Shown in pieces: positions 22,781 to 32,728 of a DNA stretch of 64,000 nucleotides. Position 1 is the first letter of the stretch. Each line of letters starts with the position of its first letter. Both the position numbers and the translations under genes were made by a program. A model generated the notes under the pieces. It was not told the origin of the DNA. It searched no databases and worked only from the letters and a program-made list of their open reading frames with translations. The stretch comes from Desulfobacterales bacterium (lineage in GTDB: Bacteria > Desulfobacterota > Desulfobacteria > Desulfobacterales > UBA2174), in contig CAXXWC010000021.1 in assembly GCA_963668645.2 (NCBI GenBank), positions 224,001 through 288,000 on the forward strand, written 5' to 3'.

Positions 22781-23674
22781 ATGGGCCTTGACCCGCTGGT
22801 GGACCGGTACCTGAACTATCTTCTGGTGGAAAAGGGGCTGGGCGCCAAAACCCTCGAGGCCTATGGATCGGACCTGGCGCGGCATCTCGATTACCTCAAC
22901 GCCGCCGGTATCCGGAGCCCTGCCGCGGTGGACAAGGCCGTGCTGCTGCGCTACGTGCTGCACCTGCGGGCCGAGGGGCTGGGGCCGCGTTCACGGGCCC
23001 GACACCTGTCGGCCCTGCGCGGATTTTATCGTTTCCTGGTTCAGGAAAAAATCCTCCAGGCCGACCCGATCAGCACCATCGAGATGCCCAAAACAGGGCT
23101 GAAACTTCCCGATGTACTCTCAAGACAGGATGTGCAACGCCTTCTGGAGGTCGAGGAGCCGCCTTCGCCCGCTGCCTTGCGCAACGCGGCGATGGTCGAA
23201 ACACTCTACGCCGCCGGATTGCGGGTCTCTGAACTGGTGGCACTGCGGGTGCAGGATTTGAACCTGGAGGCGGGATTCGTGAGGGTCTGGGGCAAAGGCG
23301 CCAAGGAGCGGGTGGTGCCCATCGGCTCCCATGCCCGGCAAAAGGTCGCCACCTACCTGCAGGAAGGCCGTCCCCGGCTCCTCGGCGGCCGGACCAGCCC
23401 CTTTCTTTTTGTGGCGCGTGCAGCCCGCCCCATGACCCGCCAGGGGTTCTGGAAGATGCTCAACCGGCGGGCTGCGGCGGCGGGGATCCGCCAGGCGATA
23501 AGCCCTCACAGCCTGCGCCATTCCTTTGCCACTCACCTTCTCGAAGGCGGTGCGGATCTTCGGGCGGTGCAGATGATGCTCGGCCACACGGACATTTCCA
23601 CCACCCAGATCTACACCCACGTCGCCCGCGACCGGCTTAAGAAAATCCACCAAAAGTATCATCCGCGCGGTTGA
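22781..23674 (+). CDS. xerD: Site-specific tyrosine recombinase XerD
   Basis: YAAGLRVSEL, GKGAKERVVP, MTRQGFWK, SPHSLRHSFATHLLEGGADLRAVQMMLGHTDISTTQIYTHV, HPRG end. Confidence 0.93.
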   Translation: MGLDPLVDRYLNYLLVEKGLGAKTLEAYGSDLARHLDYLNAAGIRSPAAVDKAVLLRYVLHLRAEGLGPRSRARHLSALRGFYRFLVQEKILQADPISTIEMPKTGLKLPDVLSRQDVQRLLEVEEPPSPAALRNAAMVETLYAAGLRVSELVALRVQDLNLEAGFVRVWGKGAKERVVPIGSHARQKVATYLQEGRPRLLGGRTSPFLFVARAARPMTRQGFWKMLNRRAAAAGIRQAISPHSLRHSFATHLLEGGADLRAVQMMLGHTDISTTQIYTHVARDRLKKIHQKYHPRG

Positions 23675-23830
23675 CAAACACGTCCATTCGAGGGAATGGG
23701 AAAAGCCGAATCGCTTTGCCAAGCCCGCTGCCGGGTTGGATCACCGAAGCGTGCTCAATCTTGGATCGGGGCTCCCCAGGGCCTTTCATATCGCGCAACG
23801 GCGCCATCATTTTCGAAGAAAGGTATTCTG

Positions 23831-25489
23831 ATGGCAAATTCTTCCATCGGCTGGTGGATCCCGTCCGGGCATCTGCCCCAATCCGATCCGGAGGCCTTGG
23901 CTGAGGCCATCCGCCGGATCGACAACCCGGTCTTTGTCGTCCGCCAGGGGCAGCAAACAGCCGCTGCCGGCACGGGCCAAGCCCTGATCGGAAACGACAT
24001 CGATCCGCCTGCCGGGGCCTTGCCGCTGTTGGCCTACGTCCCCCCTCTCCGGCCGTCCGATCTGGGCGAGGCGCACTTTCGGGCCGAACACGGCCTGCGT
24101 TATGCCTATATCTGCGGGGCCATGGCCAACGGAATCACTTCCGAGGCCATGCTCGAGGCGGCGGACCGGGCCGGTATGATGGGCTATTTCGGTGCCGCCG
24201 GCCTTTCGCCGTCACGGGTTGAGGCGGCCATCGACACCCTGCAAACCCGCCTTCCACAAGGGCACTATGGGTTCAACCTGATCCACAGCCCCAACGACAC
24301 GGCCCTGGAAACCGCCATCGTGGATCTTTACCTGCGCAGGGGCGTCAGACGGGTCAGCGCCTCGGCCTACCTTCGCCTGACGCCCCAGATCGTGCGCTAC
24401 CGGGTCAGCGGTATCCACCGCGACCCCAGCGGACAGGTGGTCTGTCCCAACCGCATCAAGGCCAAGGTATCCCGCGTCGAGGTGGCCGGACGCTTTTTCG
24501 CGCCTCCGCCCGATAAAATCCTGGCGACCCTGGTCCAGCAGGGGCATATCAGCGCCGAACAGGCATCCATGGCGGCCCAGATCCCCATGGCCGAAGACCT
24601 CACCGCCGAGGCCGATTCCGGCGGTCACACGGACAACCGGCCGGCCCTGGCCCTGCTGCCCACCATGCTGGCGCTGCGCGACGCGTCCATGGCGCGCCAT
24701 AATTTCCGCCGCCCGCTTTGCGTGGGCCTTGGCGGAGGCATCGCCACCCCCCAGGCTACGGCCGCGGCCTTTGCCATGGGGGCGGCCTATGTACTGGCCG
24801 GCAGCGTACACCAGGCGTGCATCGAATCGGGAACCACCGACCAGGTGCGCCGCATGCTGGCCGAAGCCGGACAGGCCGACGTGGTGATGGCCCCGGCGGC
24901 GGATATGTTCGAAATGGGCGTCAAGGTCCAGGTGCTCAAGCGCGGCACCTTGTTTTCCGTACGCGCCGCCAAGCTCTACGATTTGTACCGGCGTTACGAG
25001 AACTGGGAACAAATCCCGATAAAGGATCGCAATCAGGTTGAAAAGGATATCCTGCGGGCCGGCTTCGAAGAGACCTGGCAGCAGACGGCGGCTTTTTTCG
25101 CCGATCGGGATCCGGCCCAGGTGGAGCGCGCCCAACGGGATCCCCGCCATCGCATGGCCCTGGTGTTTCGCGCCTATTTGGGGCTCAGTTCAAAGTGGCC
25201 GGTAAACGGCCGGGACGATCGGCGCATCGATTTTCAGATCTGGTGCGGACCGTCCATGGGGGCTTTCAACGAATGGGTGCGCGGTTCTTTTCTCGAGCCG
25301 CCAGAGCAGCGGGATACCGCCACAGTGGCGCTTAACCTGCTCTATGGCGCTTGCGTGACCACGCGGCTCAACGTCCTGACCCGGGCCGGTATCCGTATAG
25401 ATCCCCAAAGCGCCCGCATCGATCCTTTGCCCCTTGAACGGATCCGGGCCTATCTCGATGCAGATCCCGAAGGAGGGCAAGCGCCATAA
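23831..25489 (+). CDS. pfaD: PfaD-family FMN-dependent enoyl reductase (PUFA synthase)
   Basis: GAMANGI, EADSGGHTDNRP, GGGIATP, MAPAADMFEMGVKVQVLKRGTLF, FQIWCGPSMGAFNEW. Confidence 0.93.
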   Translation: MANSSIGWWIPSGHLPQSDPEALAEAIRRIDNPVFVVRQGQQTAAAGTGQALIGNDIDPPAGALPLLAYVPPLRPSDLGEAHFRAEHGLRYAYICGAMANGITSEAMLEAADRAGMMGYFGAAGLSPSRVEAAIDTLQTRLPQGHYGFNLIHSPNDTALETAIVDLYLRRGVRRVSASAYLRLTPQIVRYRVSGIHRDPSGQVVCPNRIKAKVSRVEVAGRFFAPPPDKILATLVQQGHISAEQASMAAQIPMAEDLTAEADSGGHTDNRPALALLPTMLALRDASMARHNFRRPLCVGLGGGIATPQATAAAFAMGAAYVLAGSVHQACIESGTTDQVRRMLAEAGQADVVMAPAADMFEMGVKVQVLKRGTLFSVRAAKLYDLYRRYENWEQIPIKDRNQVEKDILRAGFEETWQQTAAFFADRDPAQVERAQRDPRHRMALVFRAYLGLSSKWPVNGRDDRRIDFQIWCGPSMGAFNEWVRGSFLEPPEQRDTATVALNLLYGACVTTRLNVLTRAGIRIDPQSARIDPLPLERIRAYLDADPEGGQAP

Positions 25490-25516
25490 AGGTTATATAG
25501 TCAAGCTAATAACTGG

Positions 25517-26077
25517 TCAAGCCGTCCAGGCTTCCACTTTTTGCTGAAACTCGTCTAATAGGGTGGAAATGCGCAGGGTACGGCAGATCACATCGTTTTC
25601 GCAAATCAGGGAGCAAGCGCTGCAAGGCCGGATCTCTTCTTCGGCCCATCGCTCTTCCCACAGAGCCGGCGGCCCCTGTTGGATGCAACAGCGCGAGACG
25701 AGCCGCCTTGCATGGTAGCCGAAACCGCCGTTGACCGTGTAAATGCGAATCTCCCGGGCAAGGCAGGCCGGTTGTGGATCAAGGGGAACCCGACGCTGGC
25801 CGCGCATATCGAAGCATAGCCCTTCCTGCTCCATCCACGGGGCCAGGTCGGTCAGAATCTGCCGGGCATCACGGACCGAAAGATTCAGCCAGGCCACCAT
25901 ATGACCTCCGAGGTAGGTCCGAAATGCATCGTCGAGGTAATACTGACGCGCATACCCCGACTGTCTGCCCGCCAGCGGGTCCGGAGGCAGAAACTCGCGC
26001 GACCATCGCTTCCAGCGGGCCAGGTTGACGCCCAAGCGCGTCGCCAGATCACGGTTGTTTAAGAGGATGATGCCCAT
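25517..26077 (-). CDS. Hypothetical protein with MerR-like N-terminal HTH
   Basis: NNRDLATRLGVNLARWKRWSREFLPP...SGYARQYYLDD resembles the MerR HTH and wing. Cys residues in the C-terminal half. Confidence 0.55.
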   Translation of the reverse strand: MGIILLNNRDLATRLGVNLARWKRWSREFLPPDPLAGRQSGYARQYYLDDAFRTYLGGHMVAWLNLSVRDARQILTDLAPWMEQEGLCFDMRGQRRVPLDPQPACLAREIRIYTVNGGFGYHARRLVSRCCIQQGPPALWEERWAEEEIRPCSACSLICENDVICRTLRISTLLDEFQQKVEAWTA

Positions 26078-26258
26078 AAAAAGCCTGTCAAGTTGCTAGC
26101 CCTATAGAGCAAGTCTTTGCTGGTTGTCAACTGGTTCTAAAATCGTTATAAAAGAAAGCCGTCAGCCGACGTCGCTTTTTCACAAGCGTCTGTCGAATCG
26201 TCGTAAAATATTAACAATCCCGCCGCCCGGCCATAAAGGACGGGCGTGTTTGAGCGTC

Positions 26259-29200
26259 ATGACCGATAGCGAAAAATCGTCTCCCTGTCCAGTCACCCAG
26301 CCTGTAGCCATCGTCGGCATGGGCTGTATCTTTCCCAAAGCGTCCGGCCTCAAGGCCTATTGGCGCCTCGTATGGCGCGGCCAGGACGCCATCGGACCGG
26401 TACCCCCCACCCACTGGTCCGCGGCGGATTACTACGATCCGGATCCCCGGCGGCCGGACCATGTCCACTGCCAGCGCGGCGGATTCATCGATCCGGTCGA
26501 TTTCGACCCCACCGAATTCGGAATTCCGCCGGCGGTCATCGAGGCCACCGACACCAGCCAGCTTTTGAGTCTGGTGGCGGCCCGCATGGCACTGCAAGAC
26601 GCCGGCTACGGCCCGGGCCAGCGCTCCTTCGACCGGGAACGCACCGGTGTGGTGCTGGGGGTCACGGGAACCCAGGAACTGGTCATCCCCCTGGGCGCCC
26701 GCCTGGGCCACCCGCATTGGCGCCGGGCCATGATCGAGGCGGGCATCGATCCGAAATCGGCCGAACGGGCTGTGGAATTGATCGCCGGAAGCTACGTCGG
26801 CTGGCAGGAAGCATCTTTTCCCGGCCTGCTGGGCAATGTGGTGGCCGGGCGCATCAGCAACCGCTTCGATCTGGGGGGCACCAACTGCGCGGTGGATGCG
26901 GCCTGTGCCAGCTCCTTTGCCGCTTTGAACCTGGCCCTGCTCGAGCTATGGGCCGGGCGCAGCGACATGGTTCTGACCGGAGGGGCCGATCTGCTCAACG
27001 ACATCTTCATGCACATGTGCTTTGCCAAGACGCAGATCCTGTCGCCCAGCGGCGATGCGCGCCCCTTTTCCAGCGATGCGGACGGAACGGTGCTCGGCGA
27101 AGGGGTGGGCATCGTGGTGCTCAAACCCCTGCCCCTGGCCGAACGGGACGGGGACCGGATCTATGCGGTAATCCGCGGCATCGGAGCTTCCAGCGACGGG
27201 CGCTCCAACAGCATCTACGCCCCGCGCCCCGAGGGGCAGCAGCGGGCCCTCGCGCGGGCCTACACCCATGCCGGAATCGATCCGGATAGCGTGGAACTCA
27301 TCGAGGCCCACGGCACCGGCACCCGGGTTGGCGACCAGGTTGAGATCAAGGCCCTGGGGCAGATTTTTCACCGCCAATCGCGCACCGCGCGTTGCGCCCT
27401 GGGATCGGTCAAGTCGATGATCGGCCATACCAAGGCCGCCGCCGGCGCCGCCGGCCTGATCAAGGCGGCCCTGGCTCTCTATTACAAGGTCCTGCCGCCG
27501 ACGCTGAAGATCGATCGTCCGGACCCCGGCCTGGAATTGGATCAGAGCCCGTTTTACCTGAACACCGCGGCCCGTCCCTGGATCGGCCGCCCCGGCAGCC
27601 TGCGCCGCTGCGGTGTGAGCGCCTTCGGTTTCGGGGGGAGCAATTTCCATCTGGTCCTCGAAGAGCACGCCTCCCCAACAGCGCTTCCGGCCTGGGACCA
27701 AACGGTCCACCTTCTGGGCCTGTCGGCCGCCAACCCGGCCGGACTCATTGACCGGTTGGTTGCCATAGGGGCCGACCTGGGGCCTGAGCCGGACCCGGAA
27801 ACCCTCTGCCGGCTTACCCGGCTCGAAAACCAGTCCTTTGACCCGGCCGCACCCTTGCGCCTCGTCGGAGTGCTTGAAAACGCCACGGCCGCCGCGACCC
27901 TCGATGCCTTGGTCGCGGCTCTGCAAGCCCCGCCGTCGCCCAGGACCCGGTTGCCTGAAGGATGGTTTCAGGGCGCCGGACCGGCACCCGGAAAGGTGGC
28001 GGTTCTCTTCCCGGGCCAGGGAAGCCAGTATCCCCAGATGGGCCGGGATCTGGCCTGCGTCTTTCCCCAAGTCCGCCAGGCACTGGAAATCATGGCCGAC
28101 ACCTTCGGCCAAAATCCTCGCCTGGAAGACCTGATTTATCCGCCGGCGGATTTTTCAGCCGATGCAACCGAGGGCTTTACACTGGCTCTCCAGGCCACCG
28201 ACCGGGCCCAACCGGCCATCGGCGCGGTAAGCCTCGGGTGGTACCGGGTCCTTTGCGATTTCGGCCTTGATCCAGACGCCCTGGGCGGCCACAGCTTCGG
28301 AGAACTGGCGGCCCTGGCAGCCGCCGGGTGGATCGATGCGGCCACCTTCACCCGCCTGGCGGTGGCTCGCGGGCGGGCCATGGCCGACGCCGGCCGCCAG
28401 GAAGGAGACCCGGGGTCCATGCTGGCGGTCAAGGCGTCCCTGGAAGAACTCGAAAACCTGGAACTGCCCGATCCGGACCTGATCCTTGCCAACCGCAACG
28501 CTCCCAGCCAGGGCGTCTTCGCCGGCCCCACACCGGCCATCGAAAAACTGGCCGACATCTGCCAGGCCAGGGGATGGCGGGCCGTGCGCCTGCCGGTGGC
28601 GGCCGCTTTTCACAGCCGGCTGATCGACCGCGCCCAACAGCCGTTTCAGCAGGCCGTGGCCGAGGCCCGCTTCAGCACCGGCCACCGCCCGGTGTATGGC
28701 AACAGCAACGCGCTGCCCTACCCCGCTGATCCTGGCCAGGCGGCCCAAACCCTCGCCGATCAGATGCGACGTCCGGTCGATTTTGTCTCAATGGTGGAAA
28801 ACCTCTATGGCGACGGCGCGCGCATCTTCATCGAGGTCGGCCCCAGGCGGGTACTGACCGGGCTGGTGCGCTCGATTCTCGGCCGGCGCCAGCACACCGC
28901 CCTGGCCATGGACCGCTCCAACGGGCGCGGTTGCGGCATCAGGGACTTGGCCCTGACACTGGCCGAACTTTGCGCCCTGGGCGTTGCGTTGGATCTGACC
29001 GCCTGGGAGGAGACGCCACCCGATCCACCGGCCCGGCGCATGCGCATCCCCTTGTGCGGTGCCAATCACAGACCCCCGGCCCAGGCCGAGCGGTCCTGCG
29101 GTCCCAAAAACGCCGAAACCCTTCAACAAACGCCGGAAACCGGACCCGATCCCAAAGTGGATCCACCTGGCCGGGCTCCGCTCCCGGGCATGGCCGAAGC

Positions 29201-32200
29201 TTCCGCCACGGCCCCCTCAAAGCAGGAAAAGTATATCCCGATGGACACCCAAGACAAACAACCGTCCCAGCCCTGCATCGAAGAAGCCCTCCAATCTGTC
29301 CGGGCCGGTCTCAAGGCCATCGAGGCCATGCAGGCCCAAACGGCCCAGGCTCACGAAAAATTTCTCGAGGTTCAACAAGAGTCGGTCCGGGCCCTGGTCC
29401 GATTAATGGCCCATACCGGCCAGCTGAGCGAACCGCTGCTGGAAAAATCCGCTCTGCCGCAAAGCTGCGGTGCTTCCATTGCCGGGCCTCTCGACCGTCC
29501 AGAGCAAAGCGCGAGCCAGGCCCGTTCAGAGGCTGCGCCAGCCGCACCGGGGGCAGCACGGCACGAAAACCATCCCGCCCCCCTTGCTCAGATCCGCCCT
29601 TTGCAGCCCGAGACACCCCGGCCCCCTGCCTCGACCTCGATACCCCCAGCGCTGCCGCCGAATGCCGGACCGGACCGCATGACGGATGTGGCGGCCGTGG
29701 TGGCCGAACTGACCGGGTATCCCACCGAAATGCTCACCGCAGAGATGCAGATCGAGGCCGACCTGGGCATCGACTCCATCAAGCGCGTGGAAATCCTCTC
29801 GTCCCTCGAAGAAAGGCTAGCCGATCTGCCCCCTCTGGAACCAGAACAAATGGCGGCCCTCAGGACCCTAGGCGATATCGCCGCGGCCCTTCAACCGGCC
29901 GAGGCCGCACCCCAACCCGCAGCCCGGCCCCAGGAACCGCCGCCCGCTTCGCCGTCCCGGGCCTCTGGCGCGGACCGCATGGCGGTTGTGGCGGCCGTAG
30001 TGGCCCAACTGACCGGGTATCCCACCGAAATGCTCACCGCAGAGATGCAGATCGAGGCCGACCTGGGCATCGACTCCATCAAGCGCGTGGAAATCCTCTC
30101 GGCCCTCGAAGAAAGACTGGCCGACCTGCCGCCCCTGGAGCCCGAACAGATGGCGGCCCTCAGGACCCTGGGTGATATCGCTGCGGCTTTGACCCCAGTG
30201 CCTGACGCGCCGGAATCGGTACCCGCCGCGACGCAGGCGCCCGAACCGGCCCCTGCCCCGCCCTACTCCTCTTCAATGGCCGAAAACCAAGGCGACCTCG
30301 CCTCAGCGGCGCCTCGCAACGTTGTACACGCCCGGGCCTTTCCGGCCGAGAAAGGCAAGATGCCGGCCCTGGCACCGGATGCAAAAGTTCTGGTGGCCGG
30401 AGACCCAAAGCTGGCCCAGGCCCTGGCTGCAGCCCTGACGGAAGCCGGGGTGGAGGCGGCCTGTCCAGAGGCCGAGGTCGTGGCCGGGATCATTGCCGGA
30501 CAACCCGTGCCGTTCCGGATCAACGGCCTGGTGTGGGTAGCCCCGGCCGATACAGCGGCCGACCATGCCTACCTCAAGCAGGCCTTTGCCATGGCCCGCC
30601 GTCTGGCGGCGGATCTCGGCAAGGCCGCCCAGAACGGCGGCGCCCTTTTGGCGGCGGTGGTCCGCCTGGACGGGGCCTTCGGGTTTCTGGACGCCCCGCT
30701 GGCCGTACCGAGCAGCGGGGCCTTGGCCGGCCTGGTCAAAACCGCCGCACGGGAATTCGAAGCCGTGGCCTGCCGGGCTTTGGACATCGGTGCCGGCTGG
30801 CCCGATGCCCAAAGCGCAGCCCTGGCCCTGGCCGCAGAGCTGGCGCGCTTCAACCCCCTCGATCCGGTGGAAATCGGTCTGCTCCCCGGCGGCAGCCGCT
30901 ATCGGCTTGAGCTGGAACCGGCACCTTACACCAGCGCCGAACTGACCCTCGAACCGGGTGAGGTCATCGTGGCCAGCGGCGGGGCCCGGGGCGTGACGGC
31001 CGAGTCCCTCGTGGCCCTGGCACGCAAGGTCAAGCCGGTCTGCGTACTGCTGGGGCGCTCTCCCGAACCCGGCCCGGAGCCACAATGGCTCGCCGGCATC
31101 GAGGAGCCGGCTGCCATTCAGAAAGCGATTCTGGCCAACGAAATGGCAAAAACCTCTGCCTCGCCGCGCGATCTGGCCCGCAGAGCCGGCCAGATCGCGG
31201 CCCAAAGAGAGATCCGGCGCAACCTCGAACGCCTGGCCTCAGCAGGCGCCAAGGCATTCTATTACAGCGTGGACGTACGCCGCAGCAAAGATCTGGCCCG
31301 CATCCTGGACCGGGTGCGCACCGAGCATGGTCCCATCCGGGCCCTGCTCCACGGGGCCGGCACCCTCTGCGACCGGCGCATTGCCGACAAGACCGACCAG
31401 CAGTTCGATGCGGTCTTCGATACCAAGGTGGAGGGTTTTTTCAACCTGATGGAGGCCGTGGCCCAGGATCCGCTGCGCTATGTCGTGATCTTTTCCTCGG
31501 TGGCGGCCCGCATGGGCAACCCGGGCCAAGTCGACTATGCCATGGCCAACGAACTGCTCAACAAGGCCGCCGGAGACCTTGCCCGCCGGCGGCCTGAGAC
31601 GCGGGTGCTGTCCATCAACTGGGGGCCTTGGAACGGCGGCATGGTGGACGCTGGGCTAAAACGGCACTTCGAGGGCCAGGGCGTTCGTCTGCTGGAGCCG
31701 CTGGCCGGTGCATCGGCCATGGTGCAAACCATGGCCGACGGTTGCAACGGTGCGGTGGAAATGGTGGTGGGCAGCGCATTGATTGAGGATCCGGCCTGTG
31801 ATCCGTCGGAAATGCCCACCGACGGGTTCCAACTCGCCTTTGCCCATGAGATCGACCTGGACAGCCACCCGGTGTTGGCCGACCACGTCCTGGGCGGACG
31901 GCCGGTGGTGCCCCTGGCCCTGATGATGGAATGGCTGGGCCATACGGCCCTGCACGCCAATCCGGGGCTGAACCTGGTGGCCATGGAGGAGCTGCGCCTG
32001 CTTAACGGGATCAAGATCGACGGGCACCCCCACCCGGTGCGACTGATGAACGGTCCGTCGGTGCGGCGCGAAGGACTCTTCGAGGTGCCGGTGGCCCTGT
32101 TCAACGGCAACGGCTGCAACGGCAGCGGCCGGGTGCACAGCCGGGCCCGGGCGATTCTGGCCGATGGCTGGCCGTCCCCGCCGCCGGCCGCCCCCCCCTT

Positions 32201-32678
32201 GCTCGATCTGGAACCGTTTCCCCTGAGCGTAGCTGAAGCATACGGCCAGGTCCTTTTCCACGGCGAACGGCTGCACGGCATCCGGCACATCGATGGCTGC
32301 TCGCAACGCGGCATGGTGGCCCGGCTGGCCCCGGCCCCGGCCCCGGGCCGCTGGATCCGCCAGCCCTTGCGCAGCCGCTGGGTCACCGATCCACTGGTAC
32401 TGGACGCGGCCTTTCAGATGGCGATCCTCTGGTGCTACGCCCGGCGGGATGCGGTTTCCCTGCCGGCCTATGCTCAAAGCTATCGCCAGTATTGCCGGCG
32501 CTTTCCATCAGAAGGCGTCACGGCCGAACTGCGGGTGCGGGATGTTACGGCCCGACGCCTCGAAGCCGATTTCACCTTCCTGGACAACCAACACCGGGTG
32601 GTGGCGGTCCTTTCCGGCTACCAGGCCACCTTGGACCCGTCCCTGGCCGGAGCCTTCAAGCAGTGCCGGGCGGCCTGA
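26259..32678 (+). CDS. pfaA: PfaA-type iterative type I PKS/PUFA synthase: KS-MAT-ACP-ACP-KR-DH
   Basis: KS DAACASS, HGTGT, GHTKAAAG. AT FPGQGSQ, GHSFGE, AAFHS. Two ACPs LGIDSIKRVEIL. KR SGGARGVT, YAMAN. DH HVLGGRPVVP. Confidence 0.93.
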   Translation: MTDSEKSSPCPVTQPVAIVGMGCIFPKASGLKAYWRLVWRGQDAIGPVPPTHWSAADYYDPDPRRPDHVHCQRGGFIDPVDFDPTEFGIPPAVIEATDTSQLLSLVAARMALQDAGYGPGQRSFDRERTGVVLGVTGTQELVIPLGARLGHPHWRRAMIEAGIDPKSAERAVELIAGSYVGWQEASFPGLLGNVVAGRISNRFDLGGTNCAVDAACASSFAALNLALLELWAGRSDMVLTGGADLLNDIFMHMCFAKTQILSPSGDARPFSSDADGTVLGEGVGIVVLKPLPLAERDGDRIYAVIRGIGASSDGRSNSIYAPRPEGQQRALARAYTHAGIDPDSVELIEAHGTGTRVGDQVEIKALGQIFHRQSRTARCALGSVKSMIGHTKAAAGAAGLIKAALALYYKVLPPTLKIDRPDPGLELDQSPFYLNTAARPWIGRPGSLRRCGVSAFGFGGSNFHLVLEEHASPTALPAWDQTVHLLGLSAANPAGLIDRLVAIGADLGPEPDPETLCRLTRLENQSFDPAAPLRLVGVLENATAAATLDALVAALQAPPSPRTRLPEGWFQGAGPAPGKVAVLFPGQGSQYPQMGRDLACVFPQVRQALEIMADTFGQNPRLEDLIYPPADFSADATEGFTLALQATDRAQPAIGAVSLGWYRVLCDFGLDPDALGGHSFGELAALAAAGWIDAATFTRLAVARGRAMADAGRQEGDPGSMLAVKASLEELENLELPDPDLILANRNAPSQGVFAGPTPAIEKLADICQARGWRAVRLPVAAAFHSRLIDRAQQPFQQAVAEARFSTGHRPVYGNSNALPYPADPGQAAQTLADQMRRPVDFVSMVENLYGDGARIFIEVGPRRVLTGLVRSILGRRQHTALAMDRSNGRGCGIRDLALTLAELCALGVALDLTAWEETPPDPPARRMRIPLCGANHRPPAQAERSCGPKNAETLQQTPETGPDPKVDPPGRAPLPGMAEASATAPSKQEKYIPMDTQDKQPSQPCIEEALQSVRAGLKAIEAMQAQTAQAHEKFLEVQQESVRALVRLMAHTGQLSEPLLEKSALPQSCGASIAGPLDRPEQSASQARSEAAPAAPGAARHENHPAPLAQIRPLQPETPRPPASTSIPPALPPNAGPDRMTDVAAVVAELTGYPTEMLTAEMQIEADLGIDSIKRVEILSSLEERLADLPPLEPEQMAALRTLGDIAAALQPAEAAPQPAARPQEPPPASPSRASGADRMAVVAAVVAQLTGYPTEMLTAEMQIEADLGIDSIKRVEILSALEERLADLPPLEPEQMAALRTLGDIAAALTPVPDAPESVPAATQAPEPAPAPPYSSSMAENQGDLASAAPRNVVHARAFPAEKGKMPALAPDAKVLVAGDPKLAQALAAALTEAGVEAACPEAEVVAGIIAGQPVPFRINGLVWVAPADTAADHAYLKQAFAMARRLAADLGKAAQNGGALLAAVVRLDGAFGFLDAPLAVPSSGALAGLVKTAAREFEAVACRALDIGAGWPDAQSAALALAAELARFNPLDPVEIGLLPGGSRYRLELEPAPYTSAELTLEPGEVIVASGGARGVTAESLVALARKVKPVCVLLGRSPEPGPEPQWLAGIEEPAAIQKAILANEMAKTSASPRDLARRAGQIAAQREIRRNLERLASAGAKAFYYSVDVRRSKDLARILDRVRTEHGPIRALLHGAGTLCDRRIADKTDQQFDAVFDTKVEGFFNLMEAVAQDPLRYVVIFSSVAARMGNPGQVDYAMANELLNKAAGDLARRRPETRVLSINWGPWNGGMVDAGLKRHFEGQGVRLLEPLAGASAMVQTMADGCNGAVEMVVGSALIEDPACDPSEMPTDGFQLAFAHEIDLDSHPVLADHVLGGRPVVPLALMMEWLGHTALHANPGLNLVAMEELRLLNGIKIDGHPHPVRLMNGPSVRREGLFEVPVALFNGNGCNGSGRVHSRARAILADGWPSPPPAAPPLLDLEPFPLSVAEAYGQVLFHGERLHGIRHIDGCSQRGMVARLAPAPAPGRWIRQPLRSRWVTDPLVLDAAFQMAILWCYARRDAVSLPAYAQSYRQYCRRFPSEGVTAELRVRDVTARRLEADFTFLDNQHRVVAVLSGYQATLDPSLAGAFKQCRAA
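29671..30190 (+). repeat. Tandem duplication of the ACP-coding segment (300-bp period)
   Basis: Copies about 29671-29890 and 29971-30190. 29707-29801 is identical to 30007-30101. Confidence 0.9.
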
Positions 32679-32728
32679 GAAGATCTGCCAGTGCACCGCT
32701 AACGCCGTGCACCCAACCGAAAATGTTC

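Noticed and set aside
22781..23674. Tyrosine recombinase next to pfaD as a possible island integrase
   Set aside because: It has XerD-specific signatures (TRQGFWK, HPRG end, ~298 aa). No att repeats or tRNA were seen, so it is a housekeeping gene.
26124..26258. N-terminal extensions in the ORF track (pfaA from 26124; similarly pfaD 23696, hutU 56954, ACAD 63998)
   Set aside because: The extensions are non-homologous-looking. Downstream ATGs sit at the domain starts, several with a clear RBS.
28931..30175. 414-aa alternative-frame ORF with an internal repeat
   Set aside because: The repeat merely mirrors the ACP duplication. Arg/Pro/Gly-rich composition is typical of off-frame GC-rich sequence.
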